Numbered from the stretch's first letter, positions 21,665 to 34,664 are shown. The stretch is DNA of 63,498 nt from Cirrosporium novae-zelandiae (GCA_026023565.1 JAPETS010000073.1:1-63498), one strand, 5' to 3'. Numbers and translations: made by a program. The notes: generated by a model from the sequence alone, not told the origin.

Positions 21665-23546
21665 AGACAAATATCTAACTAATAAGCTAAAACATTGTAT
21701 ATGTCTTATTTGGGATTGTATACCTTCTTTTTTTATTCCTCGTTTACTTCCTTTTTTTTCTTGTCTACTGCGTAATATAAATACTGTAAAAGTTATATTA
21801 TTTATAGTGTTCTCTTTATATATGTGATATTGCTTTTTATATATAAAACCCACTCTATTTTTTTTCGTTGCTAAATCTTGAGTTAAGCTTTCAGAATATG
21901 TTGTTAATGCGGGTTGACAAGATTTTTTTGACTTTGACCATCCGGATTGGACAACAGGGAGTACACCAGGGAGTCCTAATAGTCCTACTCCTCCTAATAA
22001 TCCTACTCCTCCTAATAACAATTATCCTGTATTTGATCAAAACAATGATCAAAATGATCAATCTCAATTATACGGTGGTCAAAACAATCAGTTAAATAAT
22101 CAACACAATCCGTTAAATAATCCAAACAATAATCTGATTAATAATACGGACAATGCTCAAGACAATCAATCTCAATTAGATGGTGGTCAAAACTATCAGT
22201 TAAGTCAATCCCAACCGTTTAATTCAAACAATAATCAGTTTAATAATCAAAACAATGCTCAATACTATCCTTCTCAAATAAACGGTAGTCCAAACAATCG
22301 ATTAAGTCAAAACCAGCCGTTTATTTCAAACAATAATCAGTTTAATAATCAAAACAATGCTCAATATTATCCTCCTCAAAGAAACGGTAGTCCAAACAAT
22401 CGATTAAGTCAATTCCAACCGTTTATTTTTTCAGACAATAATCCGTTTTATCATCAAAATAATGCTCAATACTATCCGTCTCAAATAAACGGTAGTCCAA
22501 ACAATCAATTAAGTCAATCCCAACCGTTTATTTCAAACAATAATCCGTTTAATAATCAAAGCAATGCTCAATACTATCCTTCTCAAATAAACGGTAGTCC
22601 AAACAATCAATTAAGTCAAACCCAACCGTTTATTTCAAACAATAATCCGTTTAATAATCAAAACAATGCTCAATACTATCCTTCTCAAATAAACGGTAGT
22701 CCAAACAATCAATTAAGTCAATCCCAACCGTTTATTTCAAACAATAATCCGTTTAATAATCAAAACAATGCTCAATACTATCCGTCTCAAATAAACGGTA
22801 GTCCAAACAATCAATTAAGTCAATCCCAACCGTTTGATTCAAACAATAATCCGTTTAATAATCAAAACAATAATCCGTTAAACAACTCAAACAATTATCA
22901 AGCCAATAATCAAACCCAAATATACGATGGTCAAAATAATCAGTTAAATAATCAAGACAATCTATTTAATAATCAAAACAATAATCCGTTTAATAATCCA
23001 AACAATTATCAAGCTAATGATCAACCCCAATTAAACGATGGTCAAAATAATCAAAACAATAATCCGTTTAATAATCCAAACAATTATCAAGCTAATGATC
23101 AACCCCAATTAAACGAGGGTCAAAATAATCAGTTAAATGACCCTGTATCTCCGGTCCCTCAATATATACCGGAGGAAACTTTGCGAGCTATTAGTGGTGA
23201 AAGGACTCCTATAGAAAACTGAATATTCGAAAAAAGAGTTGGTAAAAAAAAAGTACCTTATTGTACTAATACTTTTCACGATGAACCCGTAAAAATATAC
23301 GTCAAAGAAGGGTGATGAGATACCTATCATCACACGGAACCAGCTCATCCGCTGCCACCTTGCAATGAAGTTATATATAAAGAAAGAGGGAATGGTTATG
23401 TTGTTTATGATCCACATACTCTTAATAAGAAAGAAGTCCCATTGTTTGTAAAACGAAACAACGGGGGGGAATATATACCTCTAAATGCTACAGTAAAACA
23501 ATCATCTTTACCAATTGTATTAAGACCAGGTAAAAGTAGTAAATAA
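21372..23546 (+). CDS. Orphan ORF (~725 codons, not in the ORF track): 18-aa repeats, hydrophobic segment, Q/N/Y/P-rich 34-aa repeats, C-terminal domain
   Basis: No TAA/TAG seen in this frame from 21291 to TAA at 23544-23546; first in-frame ATG at 21822; overlaps the atp8 stop in the +1 frame. Confidence 0.72.
22200..22872 (+). repeat. ~102-bp tandem repeat, about 6.5 copies (LSQSQPFISNNNPFNNQNNAQYYPSQINGSPNNQ)
   Basis: Recurrent caatactatccttctcaaataaacggtagtccaaacaat. Confidence 0.93.
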
Positions 23547-23797
23547 CTAATTTATTTCTTCTATATTAAGCCCCTTTAAAAAAAAAAGGGGCTTTATAAA
23601 TTTTGCTTTTCTTAGCAGAAAAAGAGTGCCCCCCCCCACCTTAAATTCGGTTCCTGAACTTCGTAGGCTGCTTTGCTCCCCCCCTTGCAGCAAGGGGGGG
23701 GGGGGGCGAAGCAGAATGCATGCTGATCCTCTACTACGGAGTCGAATGGGCACAACCAAAATAAAAGACACTCTTAAATAAAAAAAAAACAAAAAAA

Positions 23798-24067
23798 ATG
23801 AATTTATCTCTAATACTTTTTTTAATAGGAATCTTAGGGTTTGTATTAAATAGAAAAAATATAATTTTAATGCTTATTTCAATAGAAATAATGTTATTAG
23901 CTATTACATTTTTAATATTGGTAAGTTCACTTAGTTTTGATGATATATTAGGCCAAACATATGCTATATATATTCTAGCAATAGCTGGTGCCGAATCAGC
24001 TATAGGTTTAGGTATTCTAGTGGCTTTTTATAGATTAAGAGGAAGTATAACAATAGAATATAAATAA
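23798..24067 (+). CDS. nad4L: NADH dehydrogenase subunit 4L
   Basis: 89 aa, [18 protein letters not shown] overlap with nad5. Confidence 0.98.
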   Translation: MNLSLILFLIGILGFVLNRKNIILMLISIEIMLLAITFLILVSSLSFDDILGQTYAIYILAIAGAESAIGLGILVAFYRLRGSITIEYK

Positions 24068-27000
24068 TGTATTTAACTTTAATTATTTTACCATTATTAG
24101 GATCAATAGTTTCCGGTTTTTTTGGAAGAAAAGTCGGAGTTAGCGGAGCACAATTAATTACAAGTAGTTCTGTAATTATAACAACATTTTTGGCAACTGT
24201 TGCTTTTTTCGAAGTAGGTTTAAATAACATACCTGTCTCAATTCAATTGTTTAGATGAGTTGATTCAGAGTCACTTAATGTCTTATGAGGTTTTCATTTC
24301 GATTCCTTAACAGTATCTATGTTAATACCTGTATTAATAGTTTCTTCTTTAGTACATATATATTCAATAGGATACATGGCTTCAGATCCTCACAATCAAA
24401 GATTTTTTAGTTACTTAAGTTTATTCACTTGATTTATGGTTATTCTTGTAACAGCTAACAATTATTTACTTATGTTTGTAGGTTGAGAAGGTGAACCAAA
24501 ACGCCTTAAATGGTTAAGCATGCCTAATAGCTTTAAATATTTAAGATATAAAACTAAAAAGAGTTGCGTTGTTTTCTCTCCGAGAAAACAAGCGCCAAAA
24601 TTTAAAAGATCTTTTTTTTCAAATGAATTAAAACCAGATCAAAGAATAGGAGCTCACAGTTTAGATATAATATCTATAATAATAGGTTCTTTATTTGGTA
24701 ATACATATATGGAAAAAAGAAAAAATGGTACAAGAATAGTATTTGAATTGTGTAATGATAATGTAGAGTATTTAATGTGATTACATAAAATTTTAGCCTT
24801 AAAAGGTTATTGTAGTTCTAAAAAGCCCAAATTATCTGTTAAGATAGCTAAAGACAATAAAGTCTTGTTTAAGTATTCTCTTAAAAGTTATACTTTTTCA
24901 AGCTTTAATTGATTATATGAGATCTATTACAAAGATAACATAAAAATAATTCCTCGTAACCTTGATAACTTTTTAACACCATTAGCTTTAGTTGTATGGT
25001 TTCTAAATGATGGTATAAATCTAGACAAAGAGAGTAAAAAGGTTTTCTTGTATAGAATAAGTAGTAATGATTTTGAATATTTATCTTGTCTTCTAAAAAA
25101 GAAATATAATCTAAATACTATAATTTCTTTCAAGGGCGAGGCTGAAAATAAAGGTAGTGCTATTAGTATAAAAAGTACTTCATATATTGCCTTTTCTAAA
25201 ATAGTAAAACCACATCTTTTACCTTCATTACATTACAAATTAAATAATGGACATAATAGATTATGCTTATCTAACAATACTTTTACTTACTCTACTCGGG
25301 CCCCCCTCCTCCTCAGCAGTAATGCTGAGGGGAGGGGGGATAATGTAAATGGTAAATTAAAGTTTAATACTAGACAGTATTCAATATATAAAGAAAACTC
25401 TAATGTAAAGTATACAGCTACATATAAAAAAGAATACTCTTTGAGTATAACTCAAAAAGAAGCTCTTATAGGAATTATTCTGGGAGATGGGTTTTTAGAA
25501 AGAAATAAAGCTACACATAATACAAGACTACGTGTAGAACAATCTTACCCTGAAAAAGAAGAATATTTAAAGAGTTTATTTACATTACTAGGGCCTTTAA
25601 CAGCTATGACTCCTGTTATTCTAACAAGAAAAGCAGATAAACGAACAGGTACAATAACTAAATCTTTGTATTTTAGAACATTAGCTATGCCTTGTTTAAA
25701 TTATTATTATGAATTGTTTTATAAGGAAAAAGTAAAGCATATTCCAAAAAACTTGGATGAATTATTAACTGCAAGAGGGTTAGCTTACTGAATAATGGAT
25801 GACGGAGGTAAATCAGTTTATAATCAAACTATTATTCATACTAGATCTTTTACTAAAGAAGATGTTATACTTGTTCAATACGTATTAAAAAAAAACTTTG
25901 GTTTAATAACTAGACTAGAAGAAAAGAAAAAAGACCAATGGGTAGTATTTATACCAGTTAAACAAGAAACAAAGCTTAAAGATATAGTAGGACCATTTAT
26001 GCATAAAAGTATGCTATATAAAGTATAGTAAATTAAGTGTATAAAAGCAAAACTAAAAAAAAAAAAATAAAGCTATTAGGATAATTTGCCATAGTTAATG
26101 ATTTATCGTTTATATTTAACCAATCAAAATAGTTTCTCATTTAATTAATTTTTTTTATGGTTATTAACTATAACTATAAATAGTTAATTAAAATAAAATG
26201 GGTCGCTGCTCTTTAGCAGCTACGTATTCCTTCGGCGAGAAATAAAGAATACTCTTCACGCTTGCTGTCCCCCCCATTCCCCAGCCCCCACTCGGCTCAA
26301 AGAGTGAGTGGGTGGTTTTCTCCTTGCCCCTTAAAATAAAAAAAGGGGCTGGAGAAAACTCATGGGGGGGAATTGGGGGGGGAGAAAGAGAATAAATATA
26401 GATTAATTTTTTTATGTATTATATATAAAAGGTTTAATCAATCATTAGCGACATCATTGAAAACGATCAACTAAATTAAGTTAATTTAAAGATCGTCGGT
26501 TATATTTTGAATCGCGATCGACTAGTACAATGGTGGGTGCCTGAGATGGTGCTTAATGCATAGTCAGAATATATATATTCTAAGCCCCTTTTTTTTTTGA
26601 AAAAAAGGGGCTTAGAGTATACCAGGGCCTTGAGTAAAACCTTCTAGGTATTAAAGGTACAGGAAATAAAAATTTAACTTTTAGTGTATAATATTTTATC
26701 TAGCCCGGGCCCCCCGCTACCTCAGCAGTAATGCTGAGGAGCGGGGGGGATATAAAAAAAAGGGCTTAGATACACTTATATTTTTATTTTTATATTTGGT
26801 TGGAGTTTGTTCATACCTTTTAATAAGTTTTTGATTTACTAGAATAGCTGCAAATCAAAGTTCCATCTCTGCTTTTTTAACAAATAGAGTGGGTGATTGC
26901 TTTTTAACTATAGGTATGTTTGCTATATTATGATCAGTTGGTAATTTAGATTATTCTACTGTTTTTTCATTAGCTCCATATGTTAATGAAAATCTTGTTA

Positions 27001-30000
27001 CTATTATAGGTATTTGCTTATTAATTGGTGCTATGGCTAAAAGTTCTCAAGTTGGATTACATGTCTGATTACCGATGGCGATGGAAGGTCCTACACCTGT
27101 TTCTGCATTAATACACGCCGCTACGATGGTAACAGCGGGTGTATATTTATTAATGCGTTCTTCACCTTTAATAGAATATAGTTCAACTGTATTAATTCTA
27201 TGTTTATGAATAGGAGCTATTACTACAGTATTTAGTTCTCTTATTGGTTTATTCCAACAAGATATTAAAAAAGTTATAGCTTATTCTACGATGAGCCAAT
27301 TAGGTATGATGGTTATTGCAGTAGGTTTATCATCATATAATATTGCTTTATTTCATTTAGTTAATCATGCATTTTGACCCTTTGTAAGTGCATGTAAAAC
27401 TCGACTATTTGCTGGAAAGTCCCGTAAATATCTTAAGACGGGAGAATCAGCAGGGAAGTACATCAGAGAACTTATTTTTAATCTATATTAGATATTTCTT
27501 ACGTACTCCTTCAACGATCAGACGCCGAGAATATTGTGGAGATGGGATATCAGAAAGATATATCTCTAGAATGTTATGATATGATCTAGACAAGTAAGTA
27601 ATTATTTGACTATTCGTATGCTTTGGTTCTTACCTTACTGTTTTTTTCATCGTGGATGTTGTAAGCCCCTTTTTTTTAAAAAAAAGGGGCTTTGAGCACT
27701 TCGTTGTTTATTTAATTTGTCTGCTTTACTTATATGTAGCGAAGATTAGGAGGTTACTTAAACCTATGTTAAATACACCTTTCTACCCTTTAGCTAGTAA
27801 TTCTAATAGGCTGGGCCCTTCCTTACGTGTAGTAAAAGGTTTAAACTCAAAACCAGGTCTTGTTTATACTAGATCGATTTCGCATAGATTGTATTCCACC
27901 TTGCGTAATAACGAGGATCATATCATATCTAATGGATTAAAGATACATTCTTCTTTTGCTTCAATATTAAAAAATGAATCAACAGGTGGTAAACTGCTTA
28001 CTAAATTAATATACCATATCCACGGACAAAATGTGTATAACATCCCTCTGTTTTTAACACCATTAGGGGTGAAAGCATCTCATGATTTAATAGAGATGAT
28101 AAACCTTTTACCTAAAGACTCTGGATCTGAGTTTAGGGGGGATAATATATTACTAGAATACTTGGATAAGCATCTTGAACCTGTTTTCAGATATAACATG
28201 GAATCATACTTGACAACCATTAGTCCCGTTAAAAAGTATAACATCCCTCTTCTTAACCAAAAAGTAGAAGATGGGGACTGTTCAGGAATTTACTGTTTTA
28301 TCCATACTACAGGTAAATACGGTATAGGTTCTGCTTTATCATGCCGTGACCGCCTGGTTGATCATATGAATAGTTTTAATGGCCACCGTCAAAGAACTTT
28401 CCTACATGACTGAATAATAGCCAATGGCGGCATTGAGTCTGTTAAATGGGCACCTGTTATAACATTTGATAATATTGTGCAAGAGTGATATAACAACAAT
28501 TACGCTTGTCCTTTAAGTCTTGGTGGAACTAAAATCTTACAGTGTTTTGGACAATATCCTGTTAGACTTTTAGAACAATGTCTGTACACTCAATTTAAAC
28601 CTTTTTTAAGCATGTTCGATGAACAACGCTCTATTATTTTTTTTAATATTACCTTTAAACCTGAAGAAATGTCATTAGGCTTGGATCATCTTCATGTGTT
28701 TCAAGCTTGAAGTGATAAGAAAAGAACAAAGCTAATAGCTGAGTCTCACTCTTTAAATTCTTTAGCAGATATATTAGGGTTAAGTATAGGTACGATTAAA
28801 AATAATATGAACTGGCATAAAGGCCTCTGTATTACAGATCGTGACACAGCTAAAAAGACTACTATCTATTTAGGTGAAAAAGGTGCACCGATTAGAACTC
28901 AAGCGATTGCTTCACAAAAATACCCTAAAGAGTTATATCCTAAAGTTGAGCTTATCAATAGAACACTTTCTGATTTAATTCCTGGGAGAATCCATGTTAT
29001 AAACATAGAGACGTTAGAGGATTTTGGTAACTACGCTAATCAGCGTGAACTTTGAATAAAATTAAACCCTAACTCTTTACAAGATTTTAACAGTCTAACT
29101 ACTTTAGCTAAACAGCGGATCTTTCTTGACAATAGGATAGGAAGATATCTTAATGTAGCCAAGCCTGGTGGCTTAACCACAGAGTTAGGTAACTTCTATT
29201 TTTGTAGACATCCGGATTTTTTACCTAATAATACTAAAACCGCTTCAGGGTTCTTTGGTGTAAACATAAAAACAGGTGTTGCTGAATATTTTGAAAATAA
29301 TTCTCAACCTAAAGACGATCGTCTTACTGTTAGAACACATAGAAAGAACAACACTGTCTCTAAAAGTGGGTTTAGATACATAGATAAAGACATATTTATT
29401 AAATATTTCCCTCTAGCTATACCTACGAAAGGGTCTACATATACTCTAAATAAAGAGCAACTAAGTAATCTGCCTGACAATAAATCAACATCTTAACAAT
29501 TATGTCCTTAAGATACGCAAGCTTTATATTTGCACGCATAAGAGACGGGGCTGTATTCTCTTCTCCTCCTCGGATCCTTCTCACAGCTGCCAGGCTCTTC
29601 TGCAAGATATTAGCAAGCATTTAAGGAGCGAGTAAAAGAAAGCTTGGGAACCTTTTAAGCTGATTACAAATAGTGGACGTTTACAAAGGGTTACTATTCT
29701 TAGGGGCAGGTGCGGTAATTCATGCAGTTGGTGATAACCAAGATTTTAGAAAATATGGTGGGTTAAGAGCATATTTACCTTTAACATATTCTGTTATGTT
29801 AATAGCTTCTCTTAGTTTAGTAGCTTTCCCTTTTATGACAGGGTTTTATTCTAAAGATCTAATATTAGAGTCTTCATATGGACAATTTTTTTTTTCTGGT
29901 ACTGTTGTATATTTTATAGCTACTATAGGTGCCATGTTTACTACCTTGTACTCAGTTAAAGTTTTATATTTAACGTTCTTAACTAACCCTAACGGACCTT

Positions 30001-31439
30001 TAGGTAGTTATAAAGCTTTACCTAACAATTTAAGGCCTTATCATGATTTATATTGAGATATAGTAAACCTTGTAATCAAATCTAAAGAATACCAGAAGGT
30101 TAGAGATGAAGCATTAGATAGAAGCAAGAGTATTACCAATTATGCTTCTGAAAAAATGGCAGAAGAATATAAAAAAATTCGTGATGTACGTAATGCGAAA
30201 GTTGCGCATGAAGGTGATATTTTTATGAGTTTACCTTTAATTATTTTAGCTGTTTTCTCTATTTTCTTTGGTTATATTACTAAAGATATATTTATAGGGT
30301 TAGGTTCAGATTTTTTCGCGGATAATGGTTTATTTATTCACCCTTCACATGAAATTACCCTTGATACTGAGTTTGCGGTCCCTACATTCTTTAAATTATT
30401 GCCTTTAATGCTTACTGTATCACTAAGTGCACTAGCTATAGTTTTCTCAGAATTTTTACCTAAAGTACTTATAGATTTCAAGTTTTCAAGGTTTGGTTAT
30501 AATATTTTTGGTTTCTTTAATCAGCGTTTCTTAATTGAACTTTTTTACAACAAGTATATTACTAACGTTATTTTAAATTTAGGTGGTCAAACTACTAAAG
30601 TTATTGATAAAGGTTCTGTTGAATTATTAGGACCTTTTGGTTTAGAAATAGGTTTGGTTAAATTAAGTAAAAGTATAGCTAGTTTAGAGACTGGTGTTAT
30701 TACATCTTATGCTTTATATATATTAATAGGCTTAATCTTTTATATCTTTTATTCTAATATATTTAATAATAGTTTATTATTATTAGTATTATTTGCTTTA
30801 TTTAGTTTAATAAAAGTAGCTAAAGACAAAAAACCTAGTAATTTAGTTTATATAAGAAAAGATATAGACTATATTACTCTTATTCTTAATAGTTTTAAAG
30901 AACTATATACTATTTATACGCCTACAATTGATTTACCTTTTTCTTTGCCTTCATGGTTATCAAATATGTATTCGCCTATGTGTGGTATAGTAATAGAAGC
31001 AGGGGTGAGACTTACGGTCCATCTCTTATCTACTGGGGCAGATATATCTTTTCTAGAAAATCGGTTAGAGGTTAACATAGATGATATAAATTCTTTAATA
31101 GGTGAAATTTATGATTCTATGCCTGAAATTCAGAATATATTTAGTGTTTATAATATAGGTATAGATGAACTTCGCCTCATTGATGTAAATAATGGTTTTG
31201 CTAGTCTTCCCACTCAGGTAAACCTGAGCCCTAATCAAATAGAAGGCCTTGAAGCTTATATCGAAGTATATAATAGATTAAGGGAAATAAATGGTGATAT
31301 TGATCATTTAGTCGAACAGGGTCACATTTTAGAGGACAGATTAGCAGGTCTGGTTAATGATTATACATCTAGGTTGCATGATGTTTTGCTTAGATTACAG
31401 AATGCACGTAATGCTTGATTAAGTTTAACAAATCCTTAA
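24067..31439 (+). CDS. nad5: NADH dehydrogenase subunit 5; exons 24067-24492, 26799-27372, 29680-31439; internal insertion and ~200-aa C-terminal extension
   Basis: [43 protein letters not shown]; stop TAA at 31437-31439. Confidence 0.95.
24493..26028 (+). CDS. Exon-fused ORF with two tandem LAGLIDADG (type 2-like) endonuclease units
   Basis: [11 protein letters not shown]...WFLNDG, then [11 protein letters not shown]...YWIMDDG; an in-frame GC hairpin lies near 25300. Confidence 0.85.
24493..26798 (+). mobile_element. Group I intron after nad5 nt 426
   Basis: Exon ends ggt, intron ends tttg; core-like gcgatcgact and aatgcatagtc. Confidence 0.87.
27373..29679 (+). mobile_element. Group I intron after nad5 nt 1000
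   Basis: Core ttgctggaaa, aatcagcagg, tcaacgatcagacg, tgatatgatcta; ends in G. Confidence 0.88.
27766..29496 (+). CDS. Large divergent GIY-YIG-like endonuclease (~576 aa)
   Basis: [29 protein letters not shown]; open with TGA=Trp. Confidence 0.75.
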
Positions 31440-31835
31440 TCTTTCTAATTAGAATTGTTGAGTATGTGCGTCGTCTAAGTCTAAACCTCTTGGTAGCTTA
31501 TATCCCAAATACTGTTTGTACTCCAGAAAAAGGATAGGCGAGCAATAGTCATTCTTTTATATCTCTAGTTTAATCTACCGGTTGTTTTCTTGTTTTTTTA
31601 TATCCCCCCCGCTCCTCAGCATTACTGCTGAGGAGCGGGGGGGGGGCCAAAAAAAAAAAACAAGAAAACAACGCACTACTCCGTAGTGAGGGGGATATCC
31701 AATATTTTTTATCAGAAGCCCCTTTTTTTTAACCCCCTGCTCTGCGTTGCTGAAGGGGCCAAAAAAAAAGGGCTTATACTACCTTAGTCTATTTAATATT
31801 TTTATTGATTTCAATTATTTAAGTATTCTAAACGA

Positions 31836-32609
31836 ATGATTTACTCTTTATTTATAGAAATACCTAGTCCACTAGATCAGTTCCAAATTAGAGATTTATT
31901 TAGTATAAACGCGCCTATCTTAGCTAATGCACATATATCTCTAACTAATATAGGTTTATATTTAAGCGTCGCTACTCTAGTTATCTTTTTCGTTAATTTA
32001 TTAGCTACAAATTTTAATAAATTAGTTACAAACAGATGATCTTTAAGTCAAGAATCTACATATGCTACTATACATAGTATAGTTATAAACCAAATAAACA
32101 ACTCCAAAGGACAATACTACTTCCCTTTAATATATGCATTATTTCTAACAATTTTAGTTAGTAATTTATTGGGGATGATTCCTTATAGTTTTGCTATTAC
32201 AAGTCATTTTATATTAACATTTTCTCTTAGTTTTACTGTAGTTTTTGGTGCAACTATATTAGGTTTCCAAAAGCACGGTCTAGAATTCTTCTCTCTTCTT
32301 GTACCGGCTGGTTGTCCATTGGGATTATTACCTCTTTTAGTTTTAATTGAGACTATAAGTTATACTGCTCGTAATGTTTCTCTTGGTCTTCGTCTTGCTG
32401 CGAATGTAGTTGCTGGCCACCTGTTATTATCTATCTTAAGTGGTTTTACTTTTAGTATTTTATTATCTAGTGCTTTTGTTTTGGGGTTAATACCTCTAGC
32501 TTTTATAATCGCTTTTTCTGCTTTGGAGTTAGGTATAGCTTTTATCCAAGCTCAAGTCTTCGTTATATTAACCGCTTCTTATATCAAGGATGGTTTAGAT
32601 TTACATTAG
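31836..32609 (+). CDS. atp6: ATP synthase subunit 6 (a)
   Basis: SPLDQFQI, SLGLRLAANVVAGH, IQAQVF. Confidence 0.98.
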
Positions 32610-33039
32610 TGAGAATAAAAACGACGATGTATAATTGTATGTCTAGAAACGTAAAAGAGCTTAAATTTGTATCTCCAGCCCCCAGGTTTTATTTTGGGGC
32701 TGGTGCTACTGAAGGAGCAGGCTCCTTTCCCCCATCTAAAAAAAAAAGAGAAAACTACCCCCTAACCATCCCACCTGCAAATCCTTCTATATACAAAAAA
32801 CTAGAAAAAAAAACAGGGGAGTAGGGAACAGGCGTGGTATCTTTATGATTAACCCAGCCCCCACTCTTCGAGTGGGGGCTAGTGTAGGTCTTTGTTCGGC
32901 CCCCTAGCCCCCAACCTTTGGTTGGGGGCTTTTATAAGCCCCCTTGTTTTCTCCAGCCCCTTTTTTTATTTTAAGGGGCAAGGAGAAAACAGTCCAAGCC
33001 CCCACTCGTAGAGTGGGGGCTTTGGGGGCTAGGGGGATA

Positions 33040-33122
33040 TTGAAACAAATAAACCCGAAAAATATTACCCTAATGCAGACACATGTAAACTAGATATTTT
33101 GGATGGTAATAAAGGAAAATCT
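33040..33122 (+). pseudogene. N-terminal remnant of a GIY-YIG endonuclease
   Basis: KPEKYYPNADTCKLDILDGNKGKS resembles the segment before GIY in the cox2 intron ORF. Confidence 0.6.
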
Positions 33123-33197
33123 TTGCTTCGCCCCCCTCCCTTTTTTTTTGATTATATCCCCCCTGCTCTGCATCGCTGAAGGGGGCCCTAGGGGGAT

Positions 33198-33299
33198 ATA
33201 GCATTCTCTGGTTTGGAAATTGGAATTGCTTTTATACAGGCACAGGTGTATGTAATTTTATCTTGCAGCTATATAAAAGATGGTTTGGATTTATATTAA
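33198..33299 (+). pseudogene. Displaced atp6 3' end
   Basis: IAFSGLEIGIAFIQAQVYVILSCSYIKDGLDLY*. Confidence 0.92.
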
Positions 33300-33443
33300 C
33301 AGTTATGCAGCTCTTGTTTTTTTTTTAGCTACTCCTGTTCCCCCATGAGTTTTCTCCAGCCCCTTTTTTTATTTTAAGGGGCAAGGAGAAAACTACCCAC
33401 GGCGAAGCATCCTGCTTTCGCCTGCTCTTTTTTGTTTCGACGA

Positions 33444-33685
33444 TCCCCCCCGCTCCTCAGCTTTATTGCTGAGGAGCGGGGGGGGGGGCCCAAAAAAAAC
33501 ACAAAAAAACAACACACTACTCCGTAGTGAGGGGGATATCCAATATTTTTTATCAGAAGCCCTTTTTTTTATCCCCCTGCTCTGCGTTGCTGAAGGGGCA
33601 AGCCCCCAAAAGAAAATTTTGGGGGCTAGGGGCTTATACCACCTTAGTCTCTTTAATATTTTTATTGATTTCAATTATTTAAGTA
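33444..33685 (+). repeat. Duplicate of the atp6 upstream region (31602-31825)
   Basis: Shared cactactccgtagtgagggggatatccaatatttt... and accttagtc..tttaatatttttattgatttcaattatttaagta. Confidence 0.9.
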
Positions 33686-33697
33686 AAACTTTGGATT

Positions 33698-34378
33698 ATG
33701 TTTAAATTTAATAACATATTGGACAAAACAAAGGTATTTCACCAAAATAAGGCAAAATGTGTATATAATCATTCGTTTAGATCTTTTTCTATGTCGTTTT
33801 CTTTAAAAGTAGATGGTGGCCTTTTGGATAGGATAGATAAACTTTTAAAGGAAAATAAGAATTTCGTTAAAAATTCTAGGTCTGACTTTCTTTTTAAAGA
33901 ACGTGAAATAATGGATCAAAAAGTTGATGATGCTAATCAAACTATGAAGGATTGAGTTAGTAAATGCTCAGAACATGCTGATAACAACAAGATGGAGCAA
34001 ATTAGGGAGACGAATGAGAAACTTATCTCTTCTATCTTTGAGAAAATAGGTAGTTTAGATAAAAACGATCCCTCTTTTGCTGAGAAAAGTTATAAATTAT
34101 ATATTCTAGCTAAAAACGCTAGAAACAAACACTTAGATCAATTAGAAGCTCTAACTTCTGAGGCTGTTAAAGATAACAGCAAACCTTGAGAACTTGATGT
34201 ATTTTTTAAATTAAGGTTAGAAATCCTTAATAAAAGGAAAGAAATTCTTGATAAAGATAAAGAATTATATTCCAAGGAAGTTGATTTTATTAAACAAAAT
34301 CCACAACCTTCATCTTTAGTTGAAGACTTTGCAGATCCTAATTTGGAGATGCCTGGATATATTGATCCAGAGGATTAA
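33698..34378 (+). CDS. Orphan ORF226, helical and charged, with acidic C-terminal motif
   Basis: Track fragments join via TGA=Trp; ends SLVEDFADPNLEMPGYIDPED*. Confidence 0.78.
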
Positions 34379-34664
34379 GGAGTTCCTTCTTTAAATTCTA
34401 CGAAGTAAAGCTTGCAATTATTAAGTTGAATAAGGGCTACTAGTCCTCTCGCCCCCACCTACCCCCCCCCCTGTTTTTTTTTTATGCTTGCGTTTATTTT
34501 TTTTTATATATCCCCCCCGCTCCTCAGCATTACTGCTGAGGTAGCGGGGGGGGCCCGTAAAAATTTAGAAGGGGGAGGGGCTCTGCAATAAAGCAGAGCC
34601 CCGCACTTCTAGCTCTCCTTGCAGTGGAGGGATCTTTAATTATGTTTTGTGTTACAAATTATGT

